64,000 nucleotides of DNA from Candidatus Bathyarchaeota archaeon (GCA_963715865.1 OY970280.1:928001-992000), one strand, 5' to 3'. Counted from the first letter of the stretch, positions 36,351-47,504 are shown. Notes: generated by a model not told the origin, from the letters alone. Translations and numbers: made by a program.

Positions 36351-38207
36351 AATCGAGGTTTTGGCTAGCCTGAATGCTGGGTAAAGGCTAAAAATGAACA
36401 TTCCAGCCAAAGCTGCTAGAAGCCAAACAGTTATCTCCAAGATAGTAAAGCCCGTAACCAGCGGTTGTTGCATCAAAATGAGCAAAGTTATAATAGTACC
36501 GAGCGATATTCCGACTGCAAAGCTGGAAATCAGCACAATTACGCTTTGGATTGCCAAAATAAAGATAACTATTTTCGGTTTAGCTCCCACAGCCCGCAAA
36601 ACAGCGAATTCTTGATGCTGTTCATCTACCGCAAGCATCATGTAACCTACCAGGCAAAGGGTAGCAGATACCAAAGTAAAGAGTGGCACAAGCATTATCG
36701 TTTGCCATGTTGAAGCTAAAAAATTTGTGTCCTTAGCAATAACATCATCCAGCTCAAAAACATTCAAATCTGGATTTACTGCTTGAATTAACGTTTTGAT
36801 TTGTGCAACAGCTGCAGAGCGGTCAGTTGAATTGTTTAGCTTAACTAACAGTAAGTTAGGGTTAGAGACACCAGAAATATTCTCCAATCTGTCAATGGGA
36901 ACGTAAGTGACTAAACCATTATTTACAGGATCAACGCAAACTCCGACAATACTAAAGGTGTTATTTTGGAACTCTATGCTTTGAATCAGAGGATCAGATA
37001 ACATTATGTGCTTGCTAGGATCAGGAGAGAACATTGCCTGAGCAACTGAATCGCCAATGACAGCCTCCAAATCATCATTTGCATTTAAAAATCGTCCTTG
37101 AACAAACCATGTTCCAGAAAGGTTTTCTGGGTTAACACCGACTACTATTGCGTCTCCTTGTCTACTGTCCCCCACAGAATAGGTTTGTTCAGTGTCAGGG
37201 TTTACGGTGAAATTAGAAATTTCATTAACATGCTCTTTTAAAATTAAGCGTGAATCAACCAAACTCACGTTTGACATGGCACTTAATTGCTCAATAACCC
37301 CTTCTGGAATAGCCAGTTTTGGGTCTGAATAGTTAAAATCGCCTGTTTCTGTAGCTCCAGAAAACTTTGATAAAAGCAGTTTATACTGGTTACCCATGCT
37401 ATTATGGGCTATGACAATTGTGTCTTTACCAACGGATTTTTGAACCCATGATGCCGTGGTGTCGCTGGCAATTATTCCTCCCGCAACTGAAACTGTAAGC
37501 AGAATGAAGACTACTGAGAGCAAAATGATGATTCGAACACTCGCTGATTGCCGACGAAACAGGCTCCTGGAAGCAATCCTCCAGGTTATACCAGACCTTG
37601 ATAGTGGCTTGTGCTTGTTCGTTGTGGTTAAACCGTAATAGTTCACGGCTGAAAGCGCCTTTACTGGTGACATTCTAGACGCTTTAAGGATGGGCTGAAG
37701 ACCAAAAACTACTGAAAGAACAAAAAAAGCAACAAAAACCAAGGGTGCAAACCAAAAATTAGGCAACTGATAAGCTGAAAAAACCACATTAGCGACGGCG
37801 TAATCTATGAAAAAGCCAAGAGCGATGCCTAAAATGCATCCGGCAAAGGTTGTTGTTAAAAGTTCAGTCATAAAGTATCCTGCAACAAGACTATTTGGAC
37901 ACCCAGCCGCCTTAATCAAGCCGAAATCGCGGGTCCTTTGAGCCATCATCAAAAAAGCAATAAAGGAAGTTAACACTGCGCCTACAGCAAAAATCAATAC
38001 GCCAATGAAAAGTATGAACTGGGAGAAGATGGCGGTTAAGCCTTGAGTTAATGTGCCACTGGCTGAGGCTATGCCAAAGCCCAAACGGCTGCTAAATAGC
38101 AAAAGAAACAGCGTAGAAGCAACACTCAACGTCAAAGTGGCAATGATTAAGCTTGTTTGAAGCTTCCTTCGGCGCAAATCGTTGATTGGAAAAGCCGCTT
38201 TACTCAT
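36333..38207 (-). CDS. ABC exporter permease (FtsX/MacB family)
   Basis: Two FtsX domains (QRTRDFGLIKAAG; QEFAVLRAVGA) around a periplasmic core. Confidence 0.9.
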   Translation of the reverse strand: MSKAAFPINDLRRRKLQTSLIIATLTLSVASTLFLLLFSSRLGFGIASASGTLTQGLTAIFSQFILFIGVLIFAVGAVLTSFIAFLMMAQRTRDFGLIKAAGCPNSLVAGYFMTELLTTTFAGCILGIALGFFIDYAVANVVFSAYQLPNFWFAPLVFVAFFVLSVVFGLQPILKASRMSPVKALSAVNYYGLTTTNKHKPLSRSGITWRIASRSLFRRQSASVRIIILLSVVFILLTVSVAGGIIASDTTASWVQKSVGKDTIVIAHNSMGNQYKLLLSKFSGATETGDFNYSDPKLAIPEGVIEQLSAMSNVSLVDSRLILKEHVNEISNFTVNPDTEQTYSVGDSRQGDAIVVGVNPENLSGTWFVQGRFLNANDDLEAVIGDSVAQAMFSPDPSKHIMLSDPLIQSIEFQNNTFSIVGVCVDPVNNGLVTYVPIDRLENISGVSNPNLLLVKLNNSTDRSAAVAQIKTLIQAVNPDLNVFELDDVIAKDTNFLASTWQTIMLVPLFTLVSATLCLVGYMMLAVDEQHQEFAVLRAVGAKPKIVIFILAIQSVIVLISSFAVGISLGTIITLLILMQQPLVTGFTILEITVWLLAALAGMFIFSLYPAFRLAKTSILKIMT

Positions 38208-38892
38208 TTTTGCTCGCCAATTTGCCGTCTTCTAGGCATAAAACTTGGTCCGCCAACTCTCTTATTTGCTGATCATGGGTTGAAACAATAACTGTTTTTC
38301 CCTTTTCCTTCAACAGCTGAAGAACTTGAGTGATTTTCTGAGCGTTTTTTGCGTCTAAATTGCCTGTTGGTTCATCCGCAAGGATAAGCTGCGGATCATT
38401 CGCTAATGCCCTGGCAAAAGCTACGCGTTGCTGCTCGCCACCGCTAAGTTGAGCGGGAAAATGATTCGCTCGGTGCTGTAAACCCAAAGTTTCCAGCAAT
38501 TCATTTACGCGTTTCTTTATTTCTTCCTCAGGCTTCCTAGTCCACTCCATTGGAAAAGCAACATTCTCAGCCACCGTTAAAGTAGAAACCAAATTATAAG
38601 ATTGAAAAACAAAACCCACATTGTTGCATCGGAAATCTGACAGGAAATCTTCATCTTGAACCGCCAAATCTTGCCCCTCAACAAAAATTTTCCCACTTGT
38701 TGGCCTATCGATTCCGCCGATTATGTTGAGCAGGGTTGTTTTGCCTGAGCCTGAAGGACCGCAAATTACGATAAATTTTGATTTTGGAATTGACAGGGTT
38801 ATGTCTTTTAACACTTCTAGTTTTAAGTCGCCTACTTGGTAGGTTTTTCCTAAGGCTTGCGCATATATCATGAGGTCTTCTATTGTTGGCAT
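38200..38892 (-). CDS. ABC ATP-binding protein (LolD/MacB family)
   Basis: [28 protein letters not shown]. Confidence 0.95.
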   Translation of the reverse strand: MPTIEDLMIYAQALGKTYQVGDLKLEVLKDITLSIPKSKFIVICGPSGSGKTTLLNIIGGIDRPTSGKIFVEGQDLAVQDEDFLSDFRCNNVGFVFQSYNLVSTLTVAENVAFPMEWTRKPEEEIKKRVNELLETLGLQHRANHFPAQLSGGEQQRVAFARALANDPQLILADEPTGNLDAKNAQKITQVLQLLKEKGKTVIVSTHDQQIRELADQVLCLEDGKLASKNE

Positions 38893-38955
38893 TTTCGCTT
38901 CCTCTTACGATTAACTGTAACTAATAATATAGGTTGAGGTACATTTCCTTACACG

Positions 38956-39390
38956 TTAACTATAACTTGTATCCAAGTTAAGATTTCCCCTGTCCCGCTT
39001 GAGAATTCTGACTTTCTCCGGAAGCTTATTTTTCTCCCAATCTACCCAACTGATTTCTTTAAAAAGCCACCGCTTGCCCAGATGAGCTGCGGCGACAGCA
39101 TGTTTATGACCGTTATCCGCAGGGATAAATTGGTCGAGAAACCTGAAAAGTTTATCGATTTGCTGTTTAGGGAAATAGGCGTAGTAGCTAGCGTTTTTTA
39201 CTTCAAAAGCGTAAACGTGAGAGCCTTTTCTGGCCATGATGTCTGGCAAGGGATTGAGACTTGGGTTGCTTACTGGAACGCGGACAGCGGTGTAGCCTTT
39301 TTTGTGCAAGAGCTTAACCAGTACGGTTTCACTGTAGAAGCCTCTTTTGCGCCAACGGCGAAGTTTGATTCTGTCGATTTCTTTGCTCAA
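38956..39390 (-). CDS. Hjc-like Holliday junction resolvase
   Basis: GFYSETVLVKLL...VRVPVS...PDIMA...AFEVK. Confidence 0.75.
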   Translation of the reverse strand: MSKEIDRIKLRRWRKRGFYSETVLVKLLHKKGYTAVRVPVSNPSLNPLPDIMARKGSHVYAFEVKNASYYAYFPKQQIDKLFRFLDQFIPADNGHKHAVAAAHLGKRWLFKEISWVDWEKNKLPEKVRILKRDRGNLNLDTSYS

Positions 39391-41139
39391 CAGTTTTTCC
39401 CTTGAACGTTTGTTACTTTATCTGGTTTTAGAGATAAAAATTGTTGCCTAAAAGGCTGGGAAAAAATGGGCTACGTTGATGCTTTTGTATACCTTGCAGT
39501 GAACTGGTGCGTCTGGAGCGTGCTGGTGACGTTGAATTTTCCACGTAATACTGGCATCACTAAGTTTACTGGCAGCGTAAAAACCATCATTCACCGATGG
39601 AAAATCTCAGCCAGTTTAGACTACATTAAGCACATGAAAAGTAAGCGCTGACCCCAAACAACCTAAAAACAAAGCCCTTAGGCGACAAAAATTCGCCAGC
39701 ACAAGTCTCGGTGAAACGGCAAAAAATCGCTTGATTCATGCTCTGTATACAGAAGCATCACCCAAACTTATTTTCCCAGGGCAGAAACCTTTGCTCGGAA
39801 TACCTTCTGCTGCGAGCTTTCGCTGAACGATATTCAGCGCCAAAAATAGGCAGACGCACCACCGCAGAGATTAGGTCTCTGCATAAAGCAGGGCTTAGAA
39901 AAACGCTAACTGCTCAAGAGCTTAACTGGTAAAAAAAATTGCGCTGAAACGCTAAAGTTTCATAACTCCCACAAAAAGTGTTGCAAACGCTCGAAGCTAA
40001 GCCGAAAAAACAGGCTTTGGCTTCACATGGAGATTTTCGGAGGTACTTATATGAGGCCACGATATTCTCCATGCCTTGGCATTAAGGCAACCACTGAAAA
40101 GGCTGAAATGAGGTTTTTTTGCTGTTTTAGCCCTAAATTAGGCTGTTAAATTATCGCTCACATAGAAAAAAATTCGTTGGTTTTCCAACTTCATCGTTTC
40201 GGAGAAAAACAACTGCGAAAGATCCAATTTATGGCAAAATAAGCCTGAATATTGGCTATCTTGGCGAAATGGGCTAAACGATAAATCGTTATCTTTAGAG
40301 AGAAAATTTTGCAAAATCTCAGAACTTTATAAAAAATCCTGGCTGGATACCTACCGCGTTAGCGACAGGATGGATGCGTAATTCCTAACAACACCTTCTA
40401 CACTCAAGGCTTCTTTTGCCGGCTGGATTGTTTGAACAAAACTTTTACGCGATCGAACAAATGTCCATAGCCTTTGAACCTGAATCTCATTGTCTCAAAA
40501 GCTTCTTTTGCTAGTCTCAATTTTCTGGACAAATCAAAAAATCGTCGCCTATACAAATCTACGACGTTCACGGCTGCTAGTATAGCATCAACCGTTCCCT
40601 CGGAGAACAGCTTTTACCCTAAACCTCTCCAAAAAGCTGTCTCAAATAATGTGCACTTTTGCAGTGCGAATCGTGTGCGCTTAAAAATTTCCGTTAAGCT
40701 TGTTTGCCTATAGCTAACTCGATAGTTATAACTTTGGTGAGTTTGACTATTAGTTGCGACTAAAAAATTTAGGCTAAAGCAGCTTTCTAATAACTCCATA
40801 AGTTTTGCTTGCAGATGCTCCTTTTTTCGCCCTTATTCTTGCGCAACTGCCATATCGCACGTGCTAAGCCTGCCTAAACAGCGCTAAACCTGAGTCATCC
40901 CTTGGTAACAAAATTAGGTCTGGTGAGCTTAGTGGCAAAGATATTACTAAATTAATTAACCATCACAGATGACAACGAACTGAAAAGAAGACAAAGTTGA
41001 AAGAGCTAATAACAGAATACGCCAATTATCTAAAGGCGGATTGTATACAAAAGCATCAACAAAACACACTTTATAATTTAACCTTCGAAACATTTTTCAA
41101 CAGTGCAAGACGATAAGACAATTAGGAAAGAGGCTTGCA

Positions 41140-41556
41140 ATGTCAAACTTTAAGGTCGTAAACAAAAGTTATAGCTTCACTACGAAAGGGGAAATAGAAT
41201 TCATAGATTTATCCGATAAAGTGCAGGAAGAGGTTTCCCTCTCAGGCATCAAAAACGGGTTAGTCCACATCTTTGCACCTCACGCAACAGGCGTACTAAT
41301 TTTAACGGAAAACGATTATGCGTTACTCAATGACTTCAAGGCGTTCCTTGAAGAAATTGCACCAAAACATAAGACATATCAGCATCCATCTAACGCACAT
41401 TCACATTTACGGTCCATACTTCTTCCGCCAGACAAGACTCTGCCAATAATTGATGGACAAGTCACGTTTGGAACTTGGCAATCACTGCTTTTTGTAGAAA
41501 CAGACGTTTACCCGAGAAAAAGAACGATAATAATCCAGGTCATAGGCGAGCAATAA
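41140..41556 (+). CDS. yjbQ: YjbQ/UPF0047 family protein
   Basis: HIFAPHATG, NAHSHLRSILL, FGTWQSLLFVE. Confidence 0.92.
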   Translation: MSNFKVVNKSYSFTTKGEIEFIDLSDKVQEEVSLSGIKNGLVHIFAPHATGVLILTENDYALLNDFKAFLEEIAPKHKTYQHPSNAHSHLRSILLPPDKTLPIIDGQVTFGTWQSLLFVETDVYPRKRTIIIQVIGEQ

Positions 41557-42003
41557 GAAGTAAAGAGTAAAGGAGCAAGCGGCAGCATCTCTTTTTGGTG
41601 CACACGCCAAATCTGCAAAGTTTCTGACTCTTCGCTTCTCGTATTATAGAAAAAACGTTAATCAACAAGCTATTTTAACTATTTAATGGTAATTGCGTAC
41701 GTGGGCAACTGCTTATTTAACTATTTATTGTAAAAAATTAACATTCGAAGAAATTTCGCAGACCGCAAAAAGCACCAACTGCACAGTAAAGAGCCCAAAA
41801 GCCAAAAAACTGCCTGCAACCACGTAATGCAACCCAAAAAACGCTTAATTTCGTCATTATTTCAGCACGTTTTAAGCTTCAGCACGCAAATAAGCCAAGT
41901 TGCCTCCTTTTTCTTTATCAAACATGCCTTGGACAGCAACTTGGCGTTTTTAACAAGCAGCGTATACTATGAATATATAAGCTTCGCTGTACTTCGAAAA
42001 AAC

Positions 42004-42741
42004 TTAGCCTTTTCGTTCAGTGCGAATCCTCTTAACAGACCCTCGAGGACGCATTCGAGCCTTTTTCTTTACAGCAGCCCGCGCTGAAGGCTTATCTTCC
42101 ATCGCATCAGCTTCAGCTTCTTCTACAGGCAAGGTATCAACCGCGTCTGGAAAATCAGCGGTTGTAGCCTGTTCAGCGTCAGCTTTAATCATTGCCTCAA
42201 TCGCTCTGTCCACATCACTAGGCTTCACGTTAATGCCTAATGTTGCATCCATAAGCACCACTGTCTCATAGCCAAGTTTTAGCGCATCAAGAACCGTGTT
42301 TACAACACAATAATCCGTTGCTAAACCGCCAACAAAAAGTCTCTTAACGCCTTTATTCTTCAGCTGCTCAGAGAAATCAGTTCCATCAAAAACTGAATAG
42401 CTCTCCCTTTTAGGATCAGCAGCCTTAGAAATAACAACCGTGCCCGTGGGCAATTTAAGATCAGGACTAAACTTTGCACCTTCTGTTTGCTGAACGCAAT
42501 GAGGCGGCCAAGGACCACCCTGCGCTTTAAAGGAAATGTGATTTGACGGATGCCAATCTCTAGAAGCAAAAATATGCCCCCCAGCATTATTAAATCGCTC
42601 AGCATACTCATTTAAAACGGGAATAATTGTGTCGCCTTGAGAAACTGGCAGAGCACCGCCTGAGAGGAAATCTTTTTGGATATCAGTTATCAAAAGGGCG
42701 TCAGAACCTGTTATGTTATAGTTTTTTTTCAAACAAAACAC
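42004..42741 (-). CDS. pncA: Nicotinamidase/pyrazinamidase
   Basis: LLITDIQKDF, SRDWHP, WPPHCVQ, GGLATDYCV. Confidence 0.92.
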   Translation of the reverse strand: MFCLKKNYNITGSDALLITDIQKDFLSGGALPVSQGDTIIPVLNEYAERFNNAGGHIFASRDWHPSNHISFKAQGGPWPPHCVQQTEGAKFSPDLKLPTGTVVISKAADPKRESYSVFDGTDFSEQLKNKGVKRLFVGGLATDYCVVNTVLDALKLGYETVVLMDATLGINVKPSDVDRAIEAMIKADAEQATTADFPDAVDTLPVEEAEADAMEDKPSARAAVKKKARMRPRGSVKRIRTERKG

Positions 42742-42894
42742 CTACTTAATAATTAACGAATCTTCATTTAAACAGATTGCTGCTTTTGAAAACTCTCAGT
42801 AAACTATGGAACAGTATGAAATAAATTTTTTTCTGTTTGCAAAAGCCATGGAAAAGTAATTAAGCTTTTATGATAGTAATGGAATGGTGGAAAC

Positions 42895-43164
42895 ATGGCG
42901 ATTTTAGCCTACGTTCTTTTCAAGGTTGCTTCAGGAACTGAAAGGGATGTCTCCCAAAAACTCATCGAATTTGACGAGGTCATGCAGGCAGACATTGTTT
43001 TCGGTGAATACGATGTAATAGCACGGATAGCAACGGATGGTTTGGATAAGCTGGAAGAGTTTGTTTCGCAAAAAGTCAGAACCGTGCCGAACGTTCTTGT
43101 CACTTCAACCATGATAATTTCAAGAGAGTACAAAGGAAAAAACTACCGACCAAAAAACAAGTAA
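42895..43164 (+). CDS. Lrp/AsnC ligand-binding-domain protein
   Basis: AYVLFKV...VFGEYDVIARI...VLVTSTMI. Confidence 0.88.
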   Translation: MAILAYVLFKVASGTERDVSQKLIEFDEVMQADIVFGEYDVIARIATDGLDKLEEFVSQKVRTVPNVLVTSTMIISREYKGKNYRPKNK

Positions 43165-43304
43165 CTCTCTTCAGCAATCAGCTCTGTTAAGCCGAAATTT
43201 CCAAGCAAGAGCCATTTTTAATATATTTTGTTGATGCTTTCGTATACCACTCAAGGATAGGCTTATCTTTTAACCAGTAACAATAAAGTAATAAGGCATC
43301 AAAA

Positions 43305-44846
43305 ATGCAAGCAAAAAACAAAAACTCATTCATCACAAGCAGGGAAATGCGTGCTCTAGAAATCAACGCTGAATACTATGGCATCTCACTGCTTCAACTA
43401 ATGGAAAACGCTGGACACAACATAGCCCAAGAAACCACCCAACGTTTCCCAAACGAAAAGAAGATTGCTATTTTCTGCGGTTTAGGCGGAAACGGTGGTG
43501 ACGGCTTCGTGGCGGCTAGACACCTTTTAGCAGCTGGTTACAATGTGACAGTTATTCTTGTTGGCAAAAGCCGTGACATTAGTCATGAAGCGGCAATGAA
43601 AAACTGGTGCATTCTCCAGTTGATGCAAGATAAAATTCCACTGCTTGAAGTAACCGACAGTTCTGCCGTACCGAAAGTGACTGCCGACGTTGTCATTGAT
43701 GCCTTGCTGGGAACTGGAACCAAAGGAAAACTTAAGCCGCCAATATCTCAAGTCGTGGAACAAATCAATTCTTTAAGCGCTTTTAAAATAGCCGTTGATG
43801 TGCCAACAGGCATAGATTCGGATACGGGTGAAGTTTTAGGCAGCGCAGTAAAAGCTGACCTAACGGTTACATTCCATAAGGGAAAAATGGGATTAAAGAA
43901 AGCGAAAAAGTACGTTGGCGAACTCGTTGTGAAAGACATAGGTTTGCCTCAGGAAATAGAACAATATGCTGGTCCAGGCGACGTTTACCTTGCCAAAAAA
44001 CCGCGCAGCCCGTCTGCTCATAAGGGTGATTTCGGGCGATTACTGGTTATTGGTGGAAGCGAGGTTTTCTCTGGTGCGCCTACACTGGTTTCGTTGGCTG
44101 CTCTGCGAACAGGCGTGGACATTGTTTATCTTGCGGCTCCTGCAAAGACAGCTTACGCGATTTCCTCAATGTCGCCTGACTTGATAACTATAAAGCTTGA
44201 TGGTAACAATTTGAAACCGAACAGCATGGAAACGCTAAAACCCTACCTGAGTATAGTTGATGCGGTTGCGATGGGCCCAGGTTTAGGATTAAACCCTGAA
44301 ACCATCGATTTTGTCAAGTTATGCGTTGAAGAAGTTGAGAAGGCTGGGAAACCTTTGCTTTTGGATGCTGATGGACTTAAAGCCTTCGCTAAGTTCAAAA
44401 GACCCCTAAAAGTGCCGCTTGTTCTTACACCTCACGCCGGTGAATACGCTATACTTACAGGCGAAATTTTGCCTGAAAACCAAGAAGAACGCGTTTTGGC
44501 AGTGCAGAAAACCGCAAAGAAACTTAACGCGGTTGTGTTGGTAAAGGGCAAAGTTGACATTGTATGCGATTCTGAAAGGATAAAGTTGAATTTCACGGGC
44601 AATCCAGGCATGACTGTCGGAGGCACAGGCGACGTTCTCAGCGGTATCGTTGGCGGTTTAATGGCTCAGAAGGTTGATCCGTTTGAGGCTGCAGTAGCTG
44701 GTGCCTTTGTTAATGGTGCTGCAGGCGATTTTGTTGCGAGTGAAATTGGTTTTCACATGGTAGCTACGGACATTATTAATTGGATTCCACGGGTTTTTGA
44801 TGATCCGATGAGTCACTTGAAGGTGCGCAAGCCAAGTGGAAAATAA
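43305..44846 (+). CDS. nnr: Bifunctional NAD(P)H-hydrate epimerase/dehydratase
   Basis: LMENAG, GNGGDG, DALLGTG, HKGDFG, LDADGL, TPHAGE, GGTGDVL. Confidence 0.95.
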   Translation: MQAKNKNSFITSREMRALEINAEYYGISLLQLMENAGHNIAQETTQRFPNEKKIAIFCGLGGNGGDGFVAARHLLAAGYNVTVILVGKSRDISHEAAMKNWCILQLMQDKIPLLEVTDSSAVPKVTADVVIDALLGTGTKGKLKPPISQVVEQINSLSAFKIAVDVPTGIDSDTGEVLGSAVKADLTVTFHKGKMGLKKAKKYVGELVVKDIGLPQEIEQYAGPGDVYLAKKPRSPSAHKGDFGRLLVIGGSEVFSGAPTLVSLAALRTGVDIVYLAAPAKTAYAISSMSPDLITIKLDGNNLKPNSMETLKPYLSIVDAVAMGPGLGLNPETIDFVKLCVEEVEKAGKPLLLDADGLKAFAKFKRPLKVPLVLTPHAGEYAILTGEILPENQEERVLAVQKTAKKLNAVVLVKGKVDIVCDSERIKLNFTGNPGMTVGGTGDVLSGIVGGLMAQKVDPFEAAVAGAFVNGAAGDFVASEIGFHMVATDIINWIPRVFDDPMSHLKVRKPSGK

Positions 44847-45393
44847 CCCTGAAAAACCAGCAGCCAAATCTTTGCGAATTACTATTTACCATGCCGCGCA
44901 ATGCGACCCTAAAAAATGCACTGGACTAAGGCTGAAACGCCGTGGATTCGCTAGGATTGTTACTAAGACCAGGTTTTTGCCTAAGAGAGCAATAGTGCTG
45001 AATCCGTTTTCTGAAATAGCTTTTTCACCTGCGGACAGGCAGAGAGTTGAAGATTTTGGTTTGGCCGCGTTAGATTGCAGTTGGGAGCATGCACAGAAAG
45101 TTTTGTCGGGACATGTGAAGGGAACCAGCCGCTGCTTACCCATACTCATCGCAGGCAACCCTGTTAATTTTGGCAAAGCAACCAAGTTGACTACTGCTGA
45201 AGCTATTGCTGCGGCATTGTACATTGCGGGTTTTAGGAAGGAGTCGGAAGAGCTTTTGTCGATTTTTACTTGGGGGCACACGTTTTTTGAGTTAAACGGC
45301 ATGCTGCTTGATAGTTACGTGACGGCAAATGATAGCGCTGAAATCGTGGAAATGCAGACAAGGCTTCTAAAAGGGAAAAAATGCAACACTTAA
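44836..45393 (+). CDS. tsr3: 16S rRNA aminocarboxypropyltransferase
   Basis: QCDPKKCTG, LDCSW, RCLPILIAGNPVNFG, LTTAEAIAAAL, FTWG.TFFELN. Confidence 0.93.
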   Translation: MENNPEKPAAKSLRITIYHAAQCDPKKCTGLRLKRRGFARIVTKTRFLPKRAIVLNPFSEIAFSPADRQRVEDFGLAALDCSWEHAQKVLSGHVKGTSRCLPILIAGNPVNFGKATKLTTAEAIAAALYIAGFRKESEELLSIFTWGHTFFELNGMLLDSYVTANDSAEIVEMQTRLLKGKKCNT

Positions 45394-45978
45394 AGTGCCG
45401 CTAAAGAAAACGGAAAAAGAGCAACTAACAAAAAAGGAAAAGTTAGGCGCCACGGTTTAGGACTTGCTTGTTTGTTGTTTAGCTTTTAGGTCAGCGAGAT
45501 ACTGTTAAGTCATTTGTGGTGACCTTGAAAAAAGAAAGAAGAAGGTGGGAGTAAGAATACATTGTTATTTTATATATTCAGTCTTGAATGTGTCTTGAAA
45601 TGCCATGAACCGAGGGCATTTTTGAAATTCGGAAGAGCTTTTACAAAAATCTTTGAGCTCGATTTCTGTTGGCTTGTACCATAGGACAGGTTCGTTTTGT
45701 CTTATTAGCATGGCATGACAAAGACACACATTGTTGCTACAGATTAAATAAATACAATCCATGCGTCATCACCAAAATAATATTTAGTTGAGATTCCATT
45801 TTTTAATGTATTGGTATCTTATGTTTGTACAAAGATACCGAAGTTAAGTTACCCAACATAAAAATTTTCTGTTGAAATCATAAGTTGTCGTTAACTCGTT
45901 GTTAACTCTTGAATGAGATTAACCTCAAAAATACTATAAAATGTCCTTTACAGTAACTTTATAAGTAACTTCTATAGT

Positions 45979-46074
45979 ATGCGCTCGGCTCTAGTAGACT
46001 TGCTTATTGAAAAAGGTGTTATTACTGAAGAAGAGTACGAACGGAAAATTAAGGAAAAAATAACAATCAAATAG
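45979..46074 (+). CDS. SHOCT-like mini-protein (31 aa, not in ORF track)
   Basis: MRSALVDLLIEKGVITEEEYERKIKEKITIK. Confidence 0.45.
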   Translation: MRSALVDLLIEKGVITEEEYERKIKEKITIK

Positions 46075-46247
46075 TTCTTTTCTCAAAAATATCAAATATA
46101 TAAAGTATGACAGATATGTGTACATATTTACAATCCACAAAGTTTATTTAGAATATGAATTAACCTAATCTCACATACGCAAAAGGTCTAACCAAAGACT
46201 CATGCAACAGAGCGATAAATCCCGCAGATAGAAAGTGAGTTTAAAAA

Positions 46248-46631
46248 ATGCCTAAGTATTTAATTTTTAAAAATGATGATTTGTGGGATGCTTCGTTTGA
46301 TTCTTTGACACCACACATTAAAAAAATTGTTAACGATAAAATTATGAATGACATTGCTTTAGATCCACGCAAAAATGAAGAGCTGCATTTCGAACTCGAC
46401 AGTCTTTGGAGCTTCAATAGAATGAAAAACGGAACTAGAATCATTTATGCGATTTGCGGTGATTGCCGTAAAAAAGGATTAAACATGCTTAATAATTGCA
46501 AGTCATGTTCAGAGATGCATAACGATACCATTATGCTATGGATGGTTGGTCCTCACGATATCTACCAGGCATTATCGAGAATGCGAAGACAGGCATGGAT
46601 AGATTATAATAAAAAACAAAAGGCAGAATAA
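46248..46631 (+). CDS. RelE/ParE-superfamily toxin-like protein with CxxC..CxxC insertion
   Basis: LHFELDSLWSF...TRIIYAICGDC...CKSC...IMLWMVGPHDIY. Confidence 0.6.
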   Translation: MPKYLIFKNDDLWDASFDSLTPHIKKIVNDKIMNDIALDPRKNEELHFELDSLWSFNRMKNGTRIIYAICGDCRKKGLNMLNNCKSCSEMHNDTIMLWMVGPHDIYQALSRMRRQAWIDYNKKQKAE

Positions 46632-46635
46632 ATTT

Positions 46636-47298
46636 TTAGGTAGAAAGCGGTTTGTATGGACTACAAGTCGAACCATGCTTTCTTGCCGCACGTATTGGGT
46701 CCATTAATTTCTTGTTTGCTAAAATTGCAAAGGTTTCAGAGTAGCTTTTTTCAAGTTTGAAAGACTTTAATGAGCCTTGGAGAACAGTACTGCCTTTGAG
46801 GATGTTATCCACGCGCATGGTCGAACCGTCAGGCATTATGATGTTCATTGCATGAACATAATTTCTTAGTTCATGAGTTTTCATGTGGGCAAAGTTTTTG
46901 ACTATTTGTTTCATTGCTTCTTGTATATCCTTTGGAATGGCTTGTAAGAATTGTTCGCTGATGCTTTTTCCGATTTCGCTGACTTGTATCCCGTTTTCAT
47001 CCTCAACTATGAGTTGCTCATCAAGCATTGCTTCGTAGTCATTGTAAAGACCCTTGCTAATCGGACCGTGATTATGCATGAAAAAATTATAACCGAAAGC
47101 TCTTTTTCCATCTTGATTAAGAGTGTACTCTATCAAGAATGCTAACTTTTGAAGTTTTGTGATTCCCAGCCACCCTCTCTTTTCGCTTGCTGAAACTAGA
47201 GCAAGCATAAGAACTGAGTTTCCACTAAATTCAGGTTTCTGGAAGCTGCTCATGTCACAGTTGACACTCCAATTTTTAGACCGTATCACCTTTGACAA
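46636..47298 (-). CDS. Panacea/SocA (DUF4065) antitoxin-domain protein
   Basis: GITKLQKLAFL...YNFFMHNHGPISKGLY. Confidence 0.8.
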   Translation of the reverse strand: MSKVIRSKNWSVNCDMSSFQKPEFSGNSVLMLALVSASEKRGWLGITKLQKLAFLIEYTLNQDGKRAFGYNFFMHNHGPISKGLYNDYEAMLDEQLIVEDENGIQVSEIGKSISEQFLQAIPKDIQEAMKQIVKNFAHMKTHELRNYVHAMNIIMPDGSTMRVDNILKGSTVLQGSLKSFKLEKSYSETFAILANKKLMDPIRAARKHGSTCSPYKPLST

Positions 47299-47504
47299 CC
47301 CTATATAAGAGTTCGCACTAAAAATTTGTTAATCGACCTTGTAAGTATTATGAAGACTGAATTATTATTAAAACTATGTGACTGCCGACGGACATCAACA
47401 AAAATAAAATTACTCAACCTCTTTCACCATTATCCTCCATAGGTCACCATTATCTTATTAAATGGTCAAGTTTATAACATTTGCGCAATCGATATATCGG
47501 CATG

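Larger units (their letters stand above)
34907..43247. repeat. Dispersed 18-bp motif GTTGATGCTTTTGTATAC, 5 copies: 34907-34924(-), 35531-35548(+), 39475-39492(+), 41043-41060(-), 43230-43247(+, 1 mismatch)
   Basis: Read directly; all copies lie outside credible genes and their flanks are unrelated. Confidence 0.9.

Noticed and set aside
34907-43247. 18-bp motif as a degenerate CRISPR array
   Set aside because: Mixed orientations, kb-scale irregular spacing, too short, and no cas operon.
45483-45510. TACTGTTAAGT as a XerD-type arm of a dif site
   Set aside because: No inverted partner arm across a 6-bp spacer at any copy.
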